Source: an uncultured virus (IMG/VR IMGVR_UViG_3300042937_000239) (lineage: Duplodnaviria > Heunggongvirae > Uroviricota > Caudoviricetes). Taken from it: 22,557 bases of DNA. Within the stretch, counting starts at the first letter, position 1; each line of letters starts with the position of its first letter. Location of the stretch: the IMG/VR virus record IMGVR_UViG_3300042937_000239. One strand, given 5' to 3'. The translations under genes were made by a program, and so were the position numbers. Below the pieces are notes generated by a model, which did not search any database, was not told where the DNA came from, and was given only the letters and a program-made list of their open reading frames with translations. This document shows positions 10,001 through 17,169 of the stretch, piece by piece.

Positions 10001-13000
10001 AGTGGTTTTGTAGTATGCTATAATAACGTTAGATATGCCCCAGGTACAACTGACTATATACTTTCTGATTATACTTGCGAAGATGTTTTAAACAATATTA
10101 AACATCAGATTGTACAAATTGGTACAGGCTCAAGAGTTGTTAGAGTACCCGATATGGGTACGGAAAGTCATCGAGTTGGTTTTGTATTTGCTTTTAGAAT
10201 ACTATCAAAAGATACCTGGGATAATTACGCCTTCTCCAAATTAAAGCACAAAGGTGAGTATTATGCTGTTTCTTCACCAACAGTGCTTGGCACCACTATT
10301 GTAGAAAAGAGTGCGCCGAATCGTTATACTGATGTTGTAAACAAAGACATGGAAATAACTCTGGAAGACGGCACCACAATCAAAGTATCTGAAATCTTTG
10401 AAAACGGCCTTAGAGTAAATGTTATTAATAGTAACGTAGCATTAGTAGCGCCTACTGATGGTACGGTTGCATTTACTTATTCTAACGCAGATGCTGTCAG
10501 TAGTAGTGTAAATCTGCAAATCACATTTGAAGCAAGTAATGTAATAGCTGTAACATCTGGATATGCTTTTTGTGTTATAAGTAAAGATACTGCAGATTTA
10601 GTCCAATTTGAAAATTTGACTGTAAAGCAAATTATGGAGACTAAAAAGACATTTACAAAATTTGTTGATGCAGCTAATGGCATACTACAGCCAAATGGTA
10701 GATTCAAGTATTCTGTTGAAGCAGCTAATGTTCCTGGCGCACTAAATCATGCTGTATATATTTTTGCATTTAGATATGCATCAGGTGCTAAAACTTCCAA
10801 AGCCACTTATACCGATGGTACAACTAAAATACCATACTATGTATCTCCTGTCCTTAAGGCCGGTACAACAAAGTATAGCGGTAATGTTATTATTAAGGGC
10901 GATGTAATTGAAGATAAAACAGGCACAACGACCAATTTAACAGATCTGTATACAGTTATTACAGATTGGAATGACGGTAATAACAGAACATTAACGGCAA
11001 TAACAGCATTACCTATAATCCCTACAACACCAGCGCCTATTGTTTACGATAGTTCTGCAAATAGTTCGGGCAATGTAGATTACACGCTTAATTTCTTCTA
11101 TAATGGAGTTGTTATATCGCCTGCAACTGGTGCAGATGACAGTATTGATGGTTTTTGTATTTTAGAGCAAACTGTATTACCTAACGCTACTGGACTGCCA
11201 ACCGCTAATATAGCTGCTCCTACAGTTGCAAAGATGATTATTAATCCTGCTGCAAGATTTATTGATGCAAAAGATTATGTAGCTATAGATAACGGTACAT
11301 ATAAGTATGAAGTAAAAATGCCTGAAGCAAAGGCAATACCCTATCGAGTAGTCTTTATCTTTGCATATCGTGCAATATCTGCTGGACAAGCTAAGCTTAT
11401 TCAAAAAGGTGCAACTCTTATAGAGCTTGGTACTAAAGAAAAGAAATCGTATATTGTATCTACTATTGTAAGAACTCACCCCCTAGCTACTCCCAGTCTA
11501 TTTACCGGAGACTTGTATATAAGAGCCGGCTTAAAGGATAGTTATGGAAATACAATAGCTATTAACAAGCTTACAGAAACTATTGCTGATTTTGACGTAA
11601 CTAACAATAAGTCCACCGCTAAGATTGTACCCGTAACTAATTTAGCACTTAGCTATAATATTATTGGTTGTACTTCTGGTAATGTCAATCTAGTTATTGA
11701 CTTTTACTTTACAGGAAGTTTAACAGATATAGATGGGTTTATCTATTATGAGGCTACACTACCTGAACAAGCCAATATAAGTGATCTTACTCATAAAACT
11801 TTATTTGCAAAACCAGATGCAAAGTTTATTGACGTAGACTCTACAGTGGCTAGTGCACACTTTACAGTTGAAATACCTGAGTCTAAAACAACACTATTTA
11901 GAACAGTATTTGTTTGTGCTTTTAGAGAAGTTTATGATAGTGTCTATAAAGCTGCGGGAAATTTGCCAACAGCTACTAGACCTGATAGGTTAACTTATGG
12001 TAAGAGATTTTTAATTGTAGGGCCAATAGCTCGTAGTCACGTTAATGGTAATTTGTATCAACCACAAACACAGGCAATCATAAAGGCAGGTGTAAATGTA
12101 GGTGGTACCAAGGTTGTTACGCTGTCGGATGCAATCGGTGATTGGGATTTAACAAATAATGGCGGATTAGCAGGCATGACAGCTACAGTACCAGCCCCTA
12201 CATATCCAATGGATGGAACAGGAATGGTATTGACTGGTAGCACATTAGAAACTAATGTTGATATCCTGGTCAAATGGGAGTATGTTCTAGCACAGATATT
12301 AGATCCAATCACGAATACGCTAATAAATCCTATTGATGGCTTTCTTATCTATTTAAGAGAAGATACAAATACTTCTCCCGATGCTATGATTGATTTAAAT
12401 AAACTTACTGTTAAGCACACTTTTGTCACAACAGATGTTGACCAGCGTGAATATACTTTTTCAAACATGCCTATGAAGACTAAGAAGGCTTTGAATTATT
12501 ATAATATTGCCGTATTTGCGTATCATCTTATTAGCGAAAATACGTATACAAAGGGCATTAAAGATTCAACAATTAAGTCTAGTCTTAAACGTCCTGCTGC
12601 ATTTAATACGCCAATGGTTATATCGGCTAATACAGGGTATGTATTCTCAGCAAACAAGTCATATGTGTTAAAAGATACAGCAGACTCATTACCGCATGAG
12701 TTCGCAATTGTTGGTGACTATTGGCTAAACACTTCAGGAAGTACAACAGCAGGTATTGAACATCTAAGCTATGGGTACTTTAATAGTGCTGGCTGGTCTC
12801 AGCTTACTGAAGACGAAGTTATTAAGAAGTTTAATGCAGCTCGTGCTTCAAAAGAGGGTATAATTCATACTTACAGCTCTCCTATTGAACCGCCAAACAA
12901 GCCTGGATTTTATTGGAAGAATACTTCAGCTGATGTTCAATCTGGTGTAGCCTCAAATGGTATTGTATATTGGGATATAGATCGCCTACTCTGGCAACCA

Positions 13001-13354
13001 AAAGAAGCTAAGATTGGAGGATTAATACAAGCCACTCCAGCAGCAACTATACCGTATGAGGGTAGTGTTCTGCTAAGCACAACAGTAAACTTAAATGGTA
13101 CAAGAACGCTATACAGAGGTCGTAACGGTCAATGGGAGCCTTTTGTTGATTTATCATCTAGCGAAATCTTTAAAACTGTTAAGTTAATGAACGCTAATAA
13201 GGTTGCAACCAAAGCCTTGGTTACAGATACAGGCGGTTATTATACTCGTGTTATCAACTCGAAGGGCAAACTACCTGCTTGGTCTAAAACTGCTAATGAT
13301 ATATTTGCTAAAAGCTTATTGGCAGGTAACGTTTTACCAACTTTAATTTTATAG
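4058..13354 (+). CDS. Central tail fibre / host-specificity protein (gpJ-like), 3098 aa
   Basis: TAATG overlap. Hydrophobic N-terminus with LPLVYGRAMVGG; hub motifs IEGKKVR, YSNNPAWCLLDYL and LEPGDFVKLN; FN3-like units (PPRNL...LTWDAP...YYIV, about 6284-6550); then two long repeat arrays. Confidence 0.9.
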   Translation: MVFLTLTLGMWLMVAMVAISVGMTIYSLMQTPPAFDTSALEARKGAEVVIEGKSEDLPLVYGRAMVGGARVFHAVSSDFNYVAPNADRTFATGVNHTVNWTAEKYVVQNPRGPNATLLKVASTGTTEILTQLAKSINGRKNEFLYFQQAICQGPIGGVIDVVLESSRYLDDATLATFGAPDNLATGEKHKWSDPKKARTAVRIDVHYDLAMNVADSIIAANFPERSDATFNNMVYASATVRTDRDDPQFSQPPSLQFYIEGKKVRKVVNGVLNTNFEYSNNPAWCLLDYLLDGLSGASIPIEEINLPSFEAASLVCDYIVEPSVTTAGKIWQNTEGDRNIHTRALPLYECNMVIDTKKPIRDNITGMLTSMGDARLVWSQGQYKLSLQYTHTSNDDLFIVAELGEDDLVLDQEVEINLPSASDRLNYCTVKFHNELSNFKEDSVSWPPKFPGKVYKGVGGKKYPIADYSYTEDNDDGTFNKGANLLNSVGVWGSTLNTTYLSYHIILTYEDVMDPITNLLGPVKLEYTGDNQIRIKVSDKTTSNLYLDQQHKDWKSVKTSTITLPILPGETQVFHIEIWGTNTKGDKAVAARMTNGPKILWTTRESAYSDVLEIDNTSTTYSVFLEEDGGTKLEMETSVEAMTDPYHAAAKAEEYVRMSRSSFVIKFKYVVRENYLEPGDFVKLNSPTLNLAGEIFRINSVKIVEGNNCEVTAQRFDHLQLAWSQKDDQFMVPPNIYSNLFNPPRNLKYIPTGSSRLITSGTLTWDAPSDSVDLAYYIVSVHEADGPVRTNNAPIFRELGRVAENYYVLPKLEAFSAIFSVMAVSTSGRRSTTIYTGDKAQIIDVYDSYLFDGLTVSRSNLIVNWTACNVYESGVLLKALPAGTATWTEGLLFIYFDFVNDKIIKATTDYAEVYNGVILATFDGVDLNLSVSELDAPTVLTIEGRTDTVFDSKDAKIVWQANSSNRLASTFLKHYLVQVLTTADVLKKAYVITPDKDDAGSLLITDTMNLELFGTLTRSFKVRVYTVDSAGLLSATPKVSTITNAAPLVTTLELTPTVKAVFVKAAIMSEDDIVKYEFKQYATETATTAENTVTTVSNSCTFPTADDLDRWYTVTGYDYYGIGVESARMKEKSLSQPQSTGYAFLRYASDTPPVAPTGGTYLLPTPTAGTATDPLGTLAWEDGIPDGTARLWQTTRIFTADEQPPHQTAWQTPQLVANTATTKYQYSSVNPPTTSYADWADAPGLTTLYMRVGISKDGADGPWEWGAAYKVKGEAPQTSFLSTVFTRSTGNTIPPLPTGGTFPRGIPSAPWSDGIPAGTGKIYTSNRLFTSDGQSPQDSTWNTVTLMVTNDKTKFQLNNSDPVDSNAWYDSDDASKDPTLAIYMRINYSEDGGTTWSYGAPSKIKGEKGVPGYTSFVSTVFTRTKGIPLPTPPLPSGGSFNSDGLPTDGVWTDGIPALPGVLWSSYRTFSNDPAEAATNWSTPVRILDDSNTDYQFSLTNSSDNSTWQDNEFEGAVYMRIGTSVDGVNFVYGTGIKIKGEKGNPGFISFKSTVFTRRAANNPVNTKPTGGSFEQPRPVETEWEDGIPSGEGIVWQSYTTFTNDVTAATPIWSDPEAVINDDKTKYYFNTTNATTGWSETPDINTVWMRIDTSIDGFLTTITGTPFKIKGEKGDDGYAVFKSTVFTRRAANNPPLEAPTGLTSGSLPVNTEWKDGIPPLPGILWESHASISTDPLITTTTWSFPKQILDDNNTKYYFNSANVATGWSQAPSTTTEWMRIDTSSDGFLTTVTGTPFKIKGEKGETGSGIDIRLTKELVYIPTTLADVSDYSNATTGIVVQNNNVDVVYSATAVTLVGALPNTYSVTFEKENLTGTPSLEVINGVVTSKDFGTITQGVARLIFVITIKDQYGNILGPFKKAQSLVKQFPDGVLDLLNTSKEQLSVNGTVLNPVTDITVTYSPDKNGDGRTDGFINWQYPLDAAISGFVVCYNNVRYAPGTTDYILSDYTCEDVLNNIKHQIVQIGTGSRVVRVPDMGTESHRVGFVFAFRILSKDTWDNYAFSKLKHKGEYYAVSSPTVLGTTIVEKSAPNRYTDVVNKDMEITLEDGTTIKVSEIFENGLRVNVINSNVALVAPTDGTVAFTYSNADAVSSSVNLQITFEASNVIAVTSGYAFCVISKDTADLVQFENLTVKQIMETKKTFTKFVDAANGILQPNGRFKYSVEAANVPGALNHAVYIFAFRYASGAKTSKATYTDGTTKIPYYVSPVLKAGTTKYSGNVIIKGDVIEDKTGTTTNLTDLYTVITDWNDGNNRTLTAITALPIIPTTPAPIVYDSSANSSGNVDYTLNFFYNGVVISPATGADDSIDGFCILEQTVLPNATGLPTANIAAPTVAKMIINPAARFIDAKDYVAIDNGTYKYEVKMPEAKAIPYRVVFIFAYRAISAGQAKLIQKGATLIELGTKEKKSYIVSTIVRTHPLATPSLFTGDLYIRAGLKDSYGNTIAINKLTETIADFDVTNNKSTAKIVPVTNLALSYNIIGCTSGNVNLVIDFYFTGSLTDIDGFIYYEATLPEQANISDLTHKTLFAKPDAKFIDVDSTVASAHFTVEIPESKTTLFRTVFVCAFREVYDSVYKAAGNLPTATRPDRLTYGKRFLIVGPIARSHVNGNLYQPQTQAIIKAGVNVGGTKVVTLSDAIGDWDLTNNGGLAGMTATVPAPTYPMDGTGMVLTGSTLETNVDILVKWEYVLAQILDPITNTLINPIDGFLIYLREDTNTSPDAMIDLNKLTVKHTFVTTDVDQREYTFSNMPMKTKKALNYYNIAVFAYHLISENTYTKGIKDSTIKSSLKRPAAFNTPMVISANTGYVFSANKSYVLKDTADSLPHEFAIVGDYWLNTSGSTTAGIEHLSYGYFNSAGWSQLTEDEVIKKFNAARASKEGIIHTYSSPIEPPNKPGFYWKNTSADVQSGVASNGIVYWDIDRLLWQPKEAKIGGLIQATPAATIPYEGSVLLSTTVNLNGTRTLYRGRNGQWEPFVDLSSSEIFKTVKLMNANKVATKALVTDTGGYYTRVINSKGKLPAWSKTANDIFAKSLLAGNVLPTLIL
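7463..9470 (+). repeat. Five ~130-aa tandem repeats in the gpJ-like protein, joined by collagen-like linkers
   Basis: Each unit follows STVFTR...PTGG...WxDGIP...W...(Y/W)MR...DG...K(I/V)KGE. Units 4 and 5 match at 38 of 40 nt at 8701-8740 versus 9091-9130, giving a 390-bp period. Confidence 0.9.
9895..12630 (+). repeat. Five degenerate ~180-200-aa beta-rich repeats in the gpJ-like protein
   Basis: Recurrent motifs SGNV(D/N), I(D/S)GF and (V/I)FA(F/Y)R (VFAFR, IFAFR, IFAYR, VCAFR, VFAYH), with linkers ITDWNDGNN, IADFDVTNN and IGDWDLTNN. Confidence 0.75.
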
Positions 13355-13362
13355 GAGTATAA

Positions 13363-16300
13363 ATGACAACGTACGTAGCAGCAGGTGATCAGTGGACTAA
13401 CACTGCTGACGCCAATGTAACTGATCCTACTACAGGACAAGTTATAAAACCTGGTACTACTGTCGAATTTAATGGAGAGGACTGGAGCTATATTTCAGTC
13501 CTTCCGACTAAATCGGCAACAGCGCCGACAGAACAAGTAATGGGGCAATTGTGGGTTAACACTTCAGTTACCCCTAATACTTTATCTCAATATATCCCAG
13601 CAACAGATACTTGGGATGTCATAGCAACACTAGTAGATGGTCCAGAAGATCTTAATTGTGAAGCTTATTCAACTCACAATGCGTATTTAGGTTTATATTC
13701 AGGATCGTATTATTACTCAAAAGGCGATGTAGTAAGCTATCAAGGAAAGAAATGGTGGGCATTAAGAGCTAATCAAGGCTCTACACCAGAAGAAAATGCT
13801 GACTGGACGCTATTAACATCTACAGGAGAATCGGGCAAGTCATTGTTTGATATATCTTTTTACCAAGTAGCTCTTTCAGCACCTACGCAAAACCCTGTTG
13901 GCAGTTTTACAAGAGATATGGTAACAGGAGTAACAGCGGCAGACGCAGGTTTTCAACTTAACGGTTGGGCTGTAAACCCTCCAGCGGCTGTCTTAGGGCA
14001 AACATTATGGAGAGTTACAAATACTGTTGAAGTAACCGCAGGGATGGCAAGTAGTGGCTCAATTGCTTGGATACCTAAAACGCCAACAGCTATGAGTGCT
14101 TCCGGTGTCTCCGCTAACTTTACAGTAGGTACTGTAACAAAGGGTGATAACCCTTCTGTAACTAAGACAGGCACTGCTGGTGATTTTACACTAGATTTTG
14201 TACTGCCTAAGGGCGATCCAGGTGCTGCTGAGAGATATGATATTTTAGGCGGTACTACATATATTGATTGTAATCATATAACAGGTGTTCCTGTATTAGA
14301 GTTTTTAATATTTTCATTATTGAAAAGCTTAGGAACGTCTACTTCAGATGTCACTAGCGTAGTCTGGTCAGCCTACTCAATGTCACAATATGGCTATGCA
14401 GGTAATGCTATACCTGTAAGTAATTTAAATAATGGTGCTGTTAATGTTCCTTTAGCTACTTGTCGGTGGGGTTTAGTAATTAGCGCAAAGTTAACTGCAA
14501 ACGGCCCTACAGTTGCAAGTAAATTCATTGCACCTCAGCTTATTGAGATTCCTGGACCAAAGGGTGATACAGGGACAAAAGGTGATACAGGCAATACTGG
14601 CACAATCAATGTCGGTACTGTAAGTGCAATAGCATATGGTTCTACTCCTACTGTAGTTAACTCAGGGACATCTACAGCCGCTGTATTTAACTTTGGGTTG
14701 CCACGTGGTGAGAAAGGTGATGCAGGCGTAATTAGTAGCGTAACAGCTACATCTACAGCAGCAGGTACAACAGCTGCAGTTACGTTAGGTGGCACACCTA
14801 GTGACCGTACAATTGCACTGAGTATTCCAAAAGCTTATAACGGTACAAGCCGTGTATTTATTGAAATGTATAAATGGGCAGTAGATGAGCCTACTATAAA
14901 ACCTTCAGGTACTTCTACTTATACATGGGCAGATGACACGTATAGCTGGCCTACAGGCGGTTCTAATTCATGGACAGCTTATCCAGGTGCTGCACCAGGT
15001 GGTATGACGCTTTGGGTAGTTAGAGCAAAGATTGTTAGCCAAACAGTAGATGTAACAACAGATGTTACTTGGTCAGATGCTGTAATCTATCCTATTAGCG
15101 GGTCTGGTCCAGGCTCTTATACTTGGATTAAATATGCAACTGCTGCTGATGGCACAGGCATGACAGATACTTATAGCGATACTATGAAGTTTATGGGTAT
15201 TGCTGTAAATAAGCTGACGGCTACAGAGTCTACTAGTGCTGCTGCATATGACTGGGTTAGAATTAGAGGTGCTGATGGTATTGATGGGGTTTCTACTACT
15301 ATGTATAAGGTAGAGCCTGTTGATCCAATCCTAACTAAGAATGCTGCAACTGGAACTTTGAATAAAACTCAAATTACTTTTAATTCGTATGCTAGAACAG
15401 GGGTTGGTGCTTTCGTAGATTATGCAGCGTTTTGGCGTGTGTATTTAGATGGCGTAGAAGTTAATGCCTCTGCTGCAAGTACTTCAACAAAGGCTGCAAC
15501 TATTACTAGTGGTTCAAGTTACGTTAAAGCAATCATCTATTCAGATTCTGCTAGAACAATTAAGATAGATGAGGTATATGTACCTATTGTAAATGAAGGT
15601 CCAAAAGGTGATACAGGTACTTTAGCATTAGGTACAATAGCTACAGGTGCTCCAGGTTCTACTGTTGCAATTACTAACACAGGGACAGCGTCTGCTGGTA
15701 TTCTTAATATTACAATACCTAGAGGAGATGTAGGCGCTACGGGTGCTGTACAAACCATTTCTATTGGGACTGTTACAAAAGGTATCACAGCTGCTGTAAC
15801 TCGCACATTAACAGGTTTAAATAATAGTTTTGATTTTGTACTACCACAAGGTGATAAGGGTGATGCGGGAACAATTTCTATTGGTACTGTATCTACAGGT
15901 GCTGCTGGCTCTAATGTTGCCATTACGAACGTAGGTACAGCTTCTTCGGCTATCCTTAATATTTCAATACCAAAAGGTGATCAAGGATTACCGCCTACAA
16001 TAACAGCTAATAGTACTACAACAGGTACTGCAGGCTCATCTGCTAGTGTTACATTGGATGCGTCAAGCACTTCTACAGCCGCTAAATTTAACTTTACAAT
16101 ACCGAAGGGTGATAAGGGGGATGCTGGTAATGCAGGTAGTATTACTGTAGGTACAGTAACCACTGGTAATGCAGGCACAAACGCTGCAGTTTCAAATAGC
16201 GGAACTACATCTGCAGCTGTATTTAATTTTACAATCCCTAGGGGTGATATTGGGCCTGTTGCCGCATTTAGTGTGGGTACAGTTACAACAGGTAGCGCAG

Positions 16301-17169
16301 GCTCTAGTAGTGCTGCAAGTATAAGTGGAACAAGTGCTAGCCCTGTGTTAAACCTAACAATTCCAAAAGGCGATAAAGGAGATATTGGCCCTAATCTATT
16401 TATAACATCTAGCAGAGAGTTAGCTTTCTATTCGGTTGATAACATATATTCTGGATCAGGTAATAGTAATATAACCCTAACAGCTGTTAAGTCGTCAGAT
16501 ATTACTAGTACAAGTTATGTATGGTCATTTTCAGGCTTTAATGGCGGGAATCCCTCTACTAGTGCTCAAAATGCTGTAATTAGTACGTCTAATATGGGTA
16601 CATCTCGCGCAGCAACAGCCACTTGTACTATTGGCGGATACTCTTATATGGTAACTATTTATCGTATGAATGAAAGCTCTGCAGAAGCCGGGGCTACCGT
16701 TGGCGCAGATTGGAGCAGTAACGTAACAAATAGGCCTACTTCTTTATCTGGTATTAACTCAACGGAAGGCACGTTGCTTGGATTGTTTTCATATAGCGGA
16801 TCTACTGTAACTTTAAATGCTAACTTCCAATCAAATGCTAATATTACTGCTTATTATTCTTCTGATGAAAGATTAAAAGAATGTGTACGTAAGATATATG
16901 ATCCTATTGGAAAGTTAAAATCAATATCAGGTAACAACTTTAAATGGGCAGAAGATTATTATGCTAAACAAGATTCTGATTTTGTTAAGGAATGGGATGT
17001 TGGTGTACTTGCGCAAGAAGTAGAAAGAGTATTACCAGAAGCTGTTAGAAAACGTAGTGATGGATTCTTAGCGGTAGATTACGCTAAAATTATACCTTTA
17101 CTTATTGAGGGTTTTAAAGCTCAACAAGAAATTATAGAGGAACTTAGAAATGCCATACAGCATAAGTGA
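13363..17169 (+). CDS. Lateral tail fibre with collagen-like repeats and a C-terminal intramolecular chaperone (peptidase S74)
   Basis: GGAG Shine-Dalgarno overlaps the upstream TAG. CBM5/12-like module (YSKGDVVSYQGKKWWAL...W, 13696-13806). Nine GTVTTG...A.V..SGT...FNFTIPxGxKGD units. C-terminal SSDERLKE...VGVLAQEVERVLPEAV...LAVDYAKIIPLLIEGFK plus coiled coil is the S74 signature. Confidence 0.9.
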   Translation: MTTYVAAGDQWTNTADANVTDPTTGQVIKPGTTVEFNGEDWSYISVLPTKSATAPTEQVMGQLWVNTSVTPNTLSQYIPATDTWDVIATLVDGPEDLNCEAYSTHNAYLGLYSGSYYYSKGDVVSYQGKKWWALRANQGSTPEENADWTLLTSTGESGKSLFDISFYQVALSAPTQNPVGSFTRDMVTGVTAADAGFQLNGWAVNPPAAVLGQTLWRVTNTVEVTAGMASSGSIAWIPKTPTAMSASGVSANFTVGTVTKGDNPSVTKTGTAGDFTLDFVLPKGDPGAAERYDILGGTTYIDCNHITGVPVLEFLIFSLLKSLGTSTSDVTSVVWSAYSMSQYGYAGNAIPVSNLNNGAVNVPLATCRWGLVISAKLTANGPTVASKFIAPQLIEIPGPKGDTGTKGDTGNTGTINVGTVSAIAYGSTPTVVNSGTSTAAVFNFGLPRGEKGDAGVISSVTATSTAAGTTAAVTLGGTPSDRTIALSIPKAYNGTSRVFIEMYKWAVDEPTIKPSGTSTYTWADDTYSWPTGGSNSWTAYPGAAPGGMTLWVVRAKIVSQTVDVTTDVTWSDAVIYPISGSGPGSYTWIKYATAADGTGMTDTYSDTMKFMGIAVNKLTATESTSAAAYDWVRIRGADGIDGVSTTMYKVEPVDPILTKNAATGTLNKTQITFNSYARTGVGAFVDYAAFWRVYLDGVEVNASAASTSTKAATITSGSSYVKAIIYSDSARTIKIDEVYVPIVNEGPKGDTGTLALGTIATGAPGSTVAITNTGTASAGILNITIPRGDVGATGAVQTISIGTVTKGITAAVTRTLTGLNNSFDFVLPQGDKGDAGTISIGTVSTGAAGSNVAITNVGTASSAILNISIPKGDQGLPPTITANSTTTGTAGSSASVTLDASSTSTAAKFNFTIPKGDKGDAGNAGSITVGTVTTGNAGTNAAVSNSGTTSAAVFNFTIPRGDIGPVAAFSVGTVTTGSAGSSSAASISGTSASPVLNLTIPKGDKGDIGPNLFITSSRELAFYSVDNIYSGSGNSNITLTAVKSSDITSTSYVWSFSGFNGGNPSTSAQNAVISTSNMGTSRAATATCTIGGYSYMVTIYRMNESSAEAGATVGADWSSNVTNRPTSLSGINSTEGTLLGLFSYSGSTVTLNANFQSNANITAYYSSDERLKECVRKIYDPIGKLKSISGNNFKWAEDYYAKQDSDFVKEWDVGVLAQEVERVLPEAVRKRSDGFLAVDYAKIIPLLIEGFKAQQEIIEELRNAIQHK
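15622..16389 (+). repeat. Six consecutive ~40-aa beta/collagen fibre repeats
   Basis: Units end in ITIPRGD, FVLPQGDKG, ISIPKGDQG, FTIPKGDKG, FTIPRGD and LTIPKGDKG. Three more units occur between about 14110 and 14840. Confidence 0.85.

Noticed and set aside
13500..14620. A fourth GGCA island at the position predicted by ~7 kb spacing
   Set aside because: Only scattered motifs occur (about 13515-14046, 14590, 14599) with no sustained GC rise, so periodicity is not supported.
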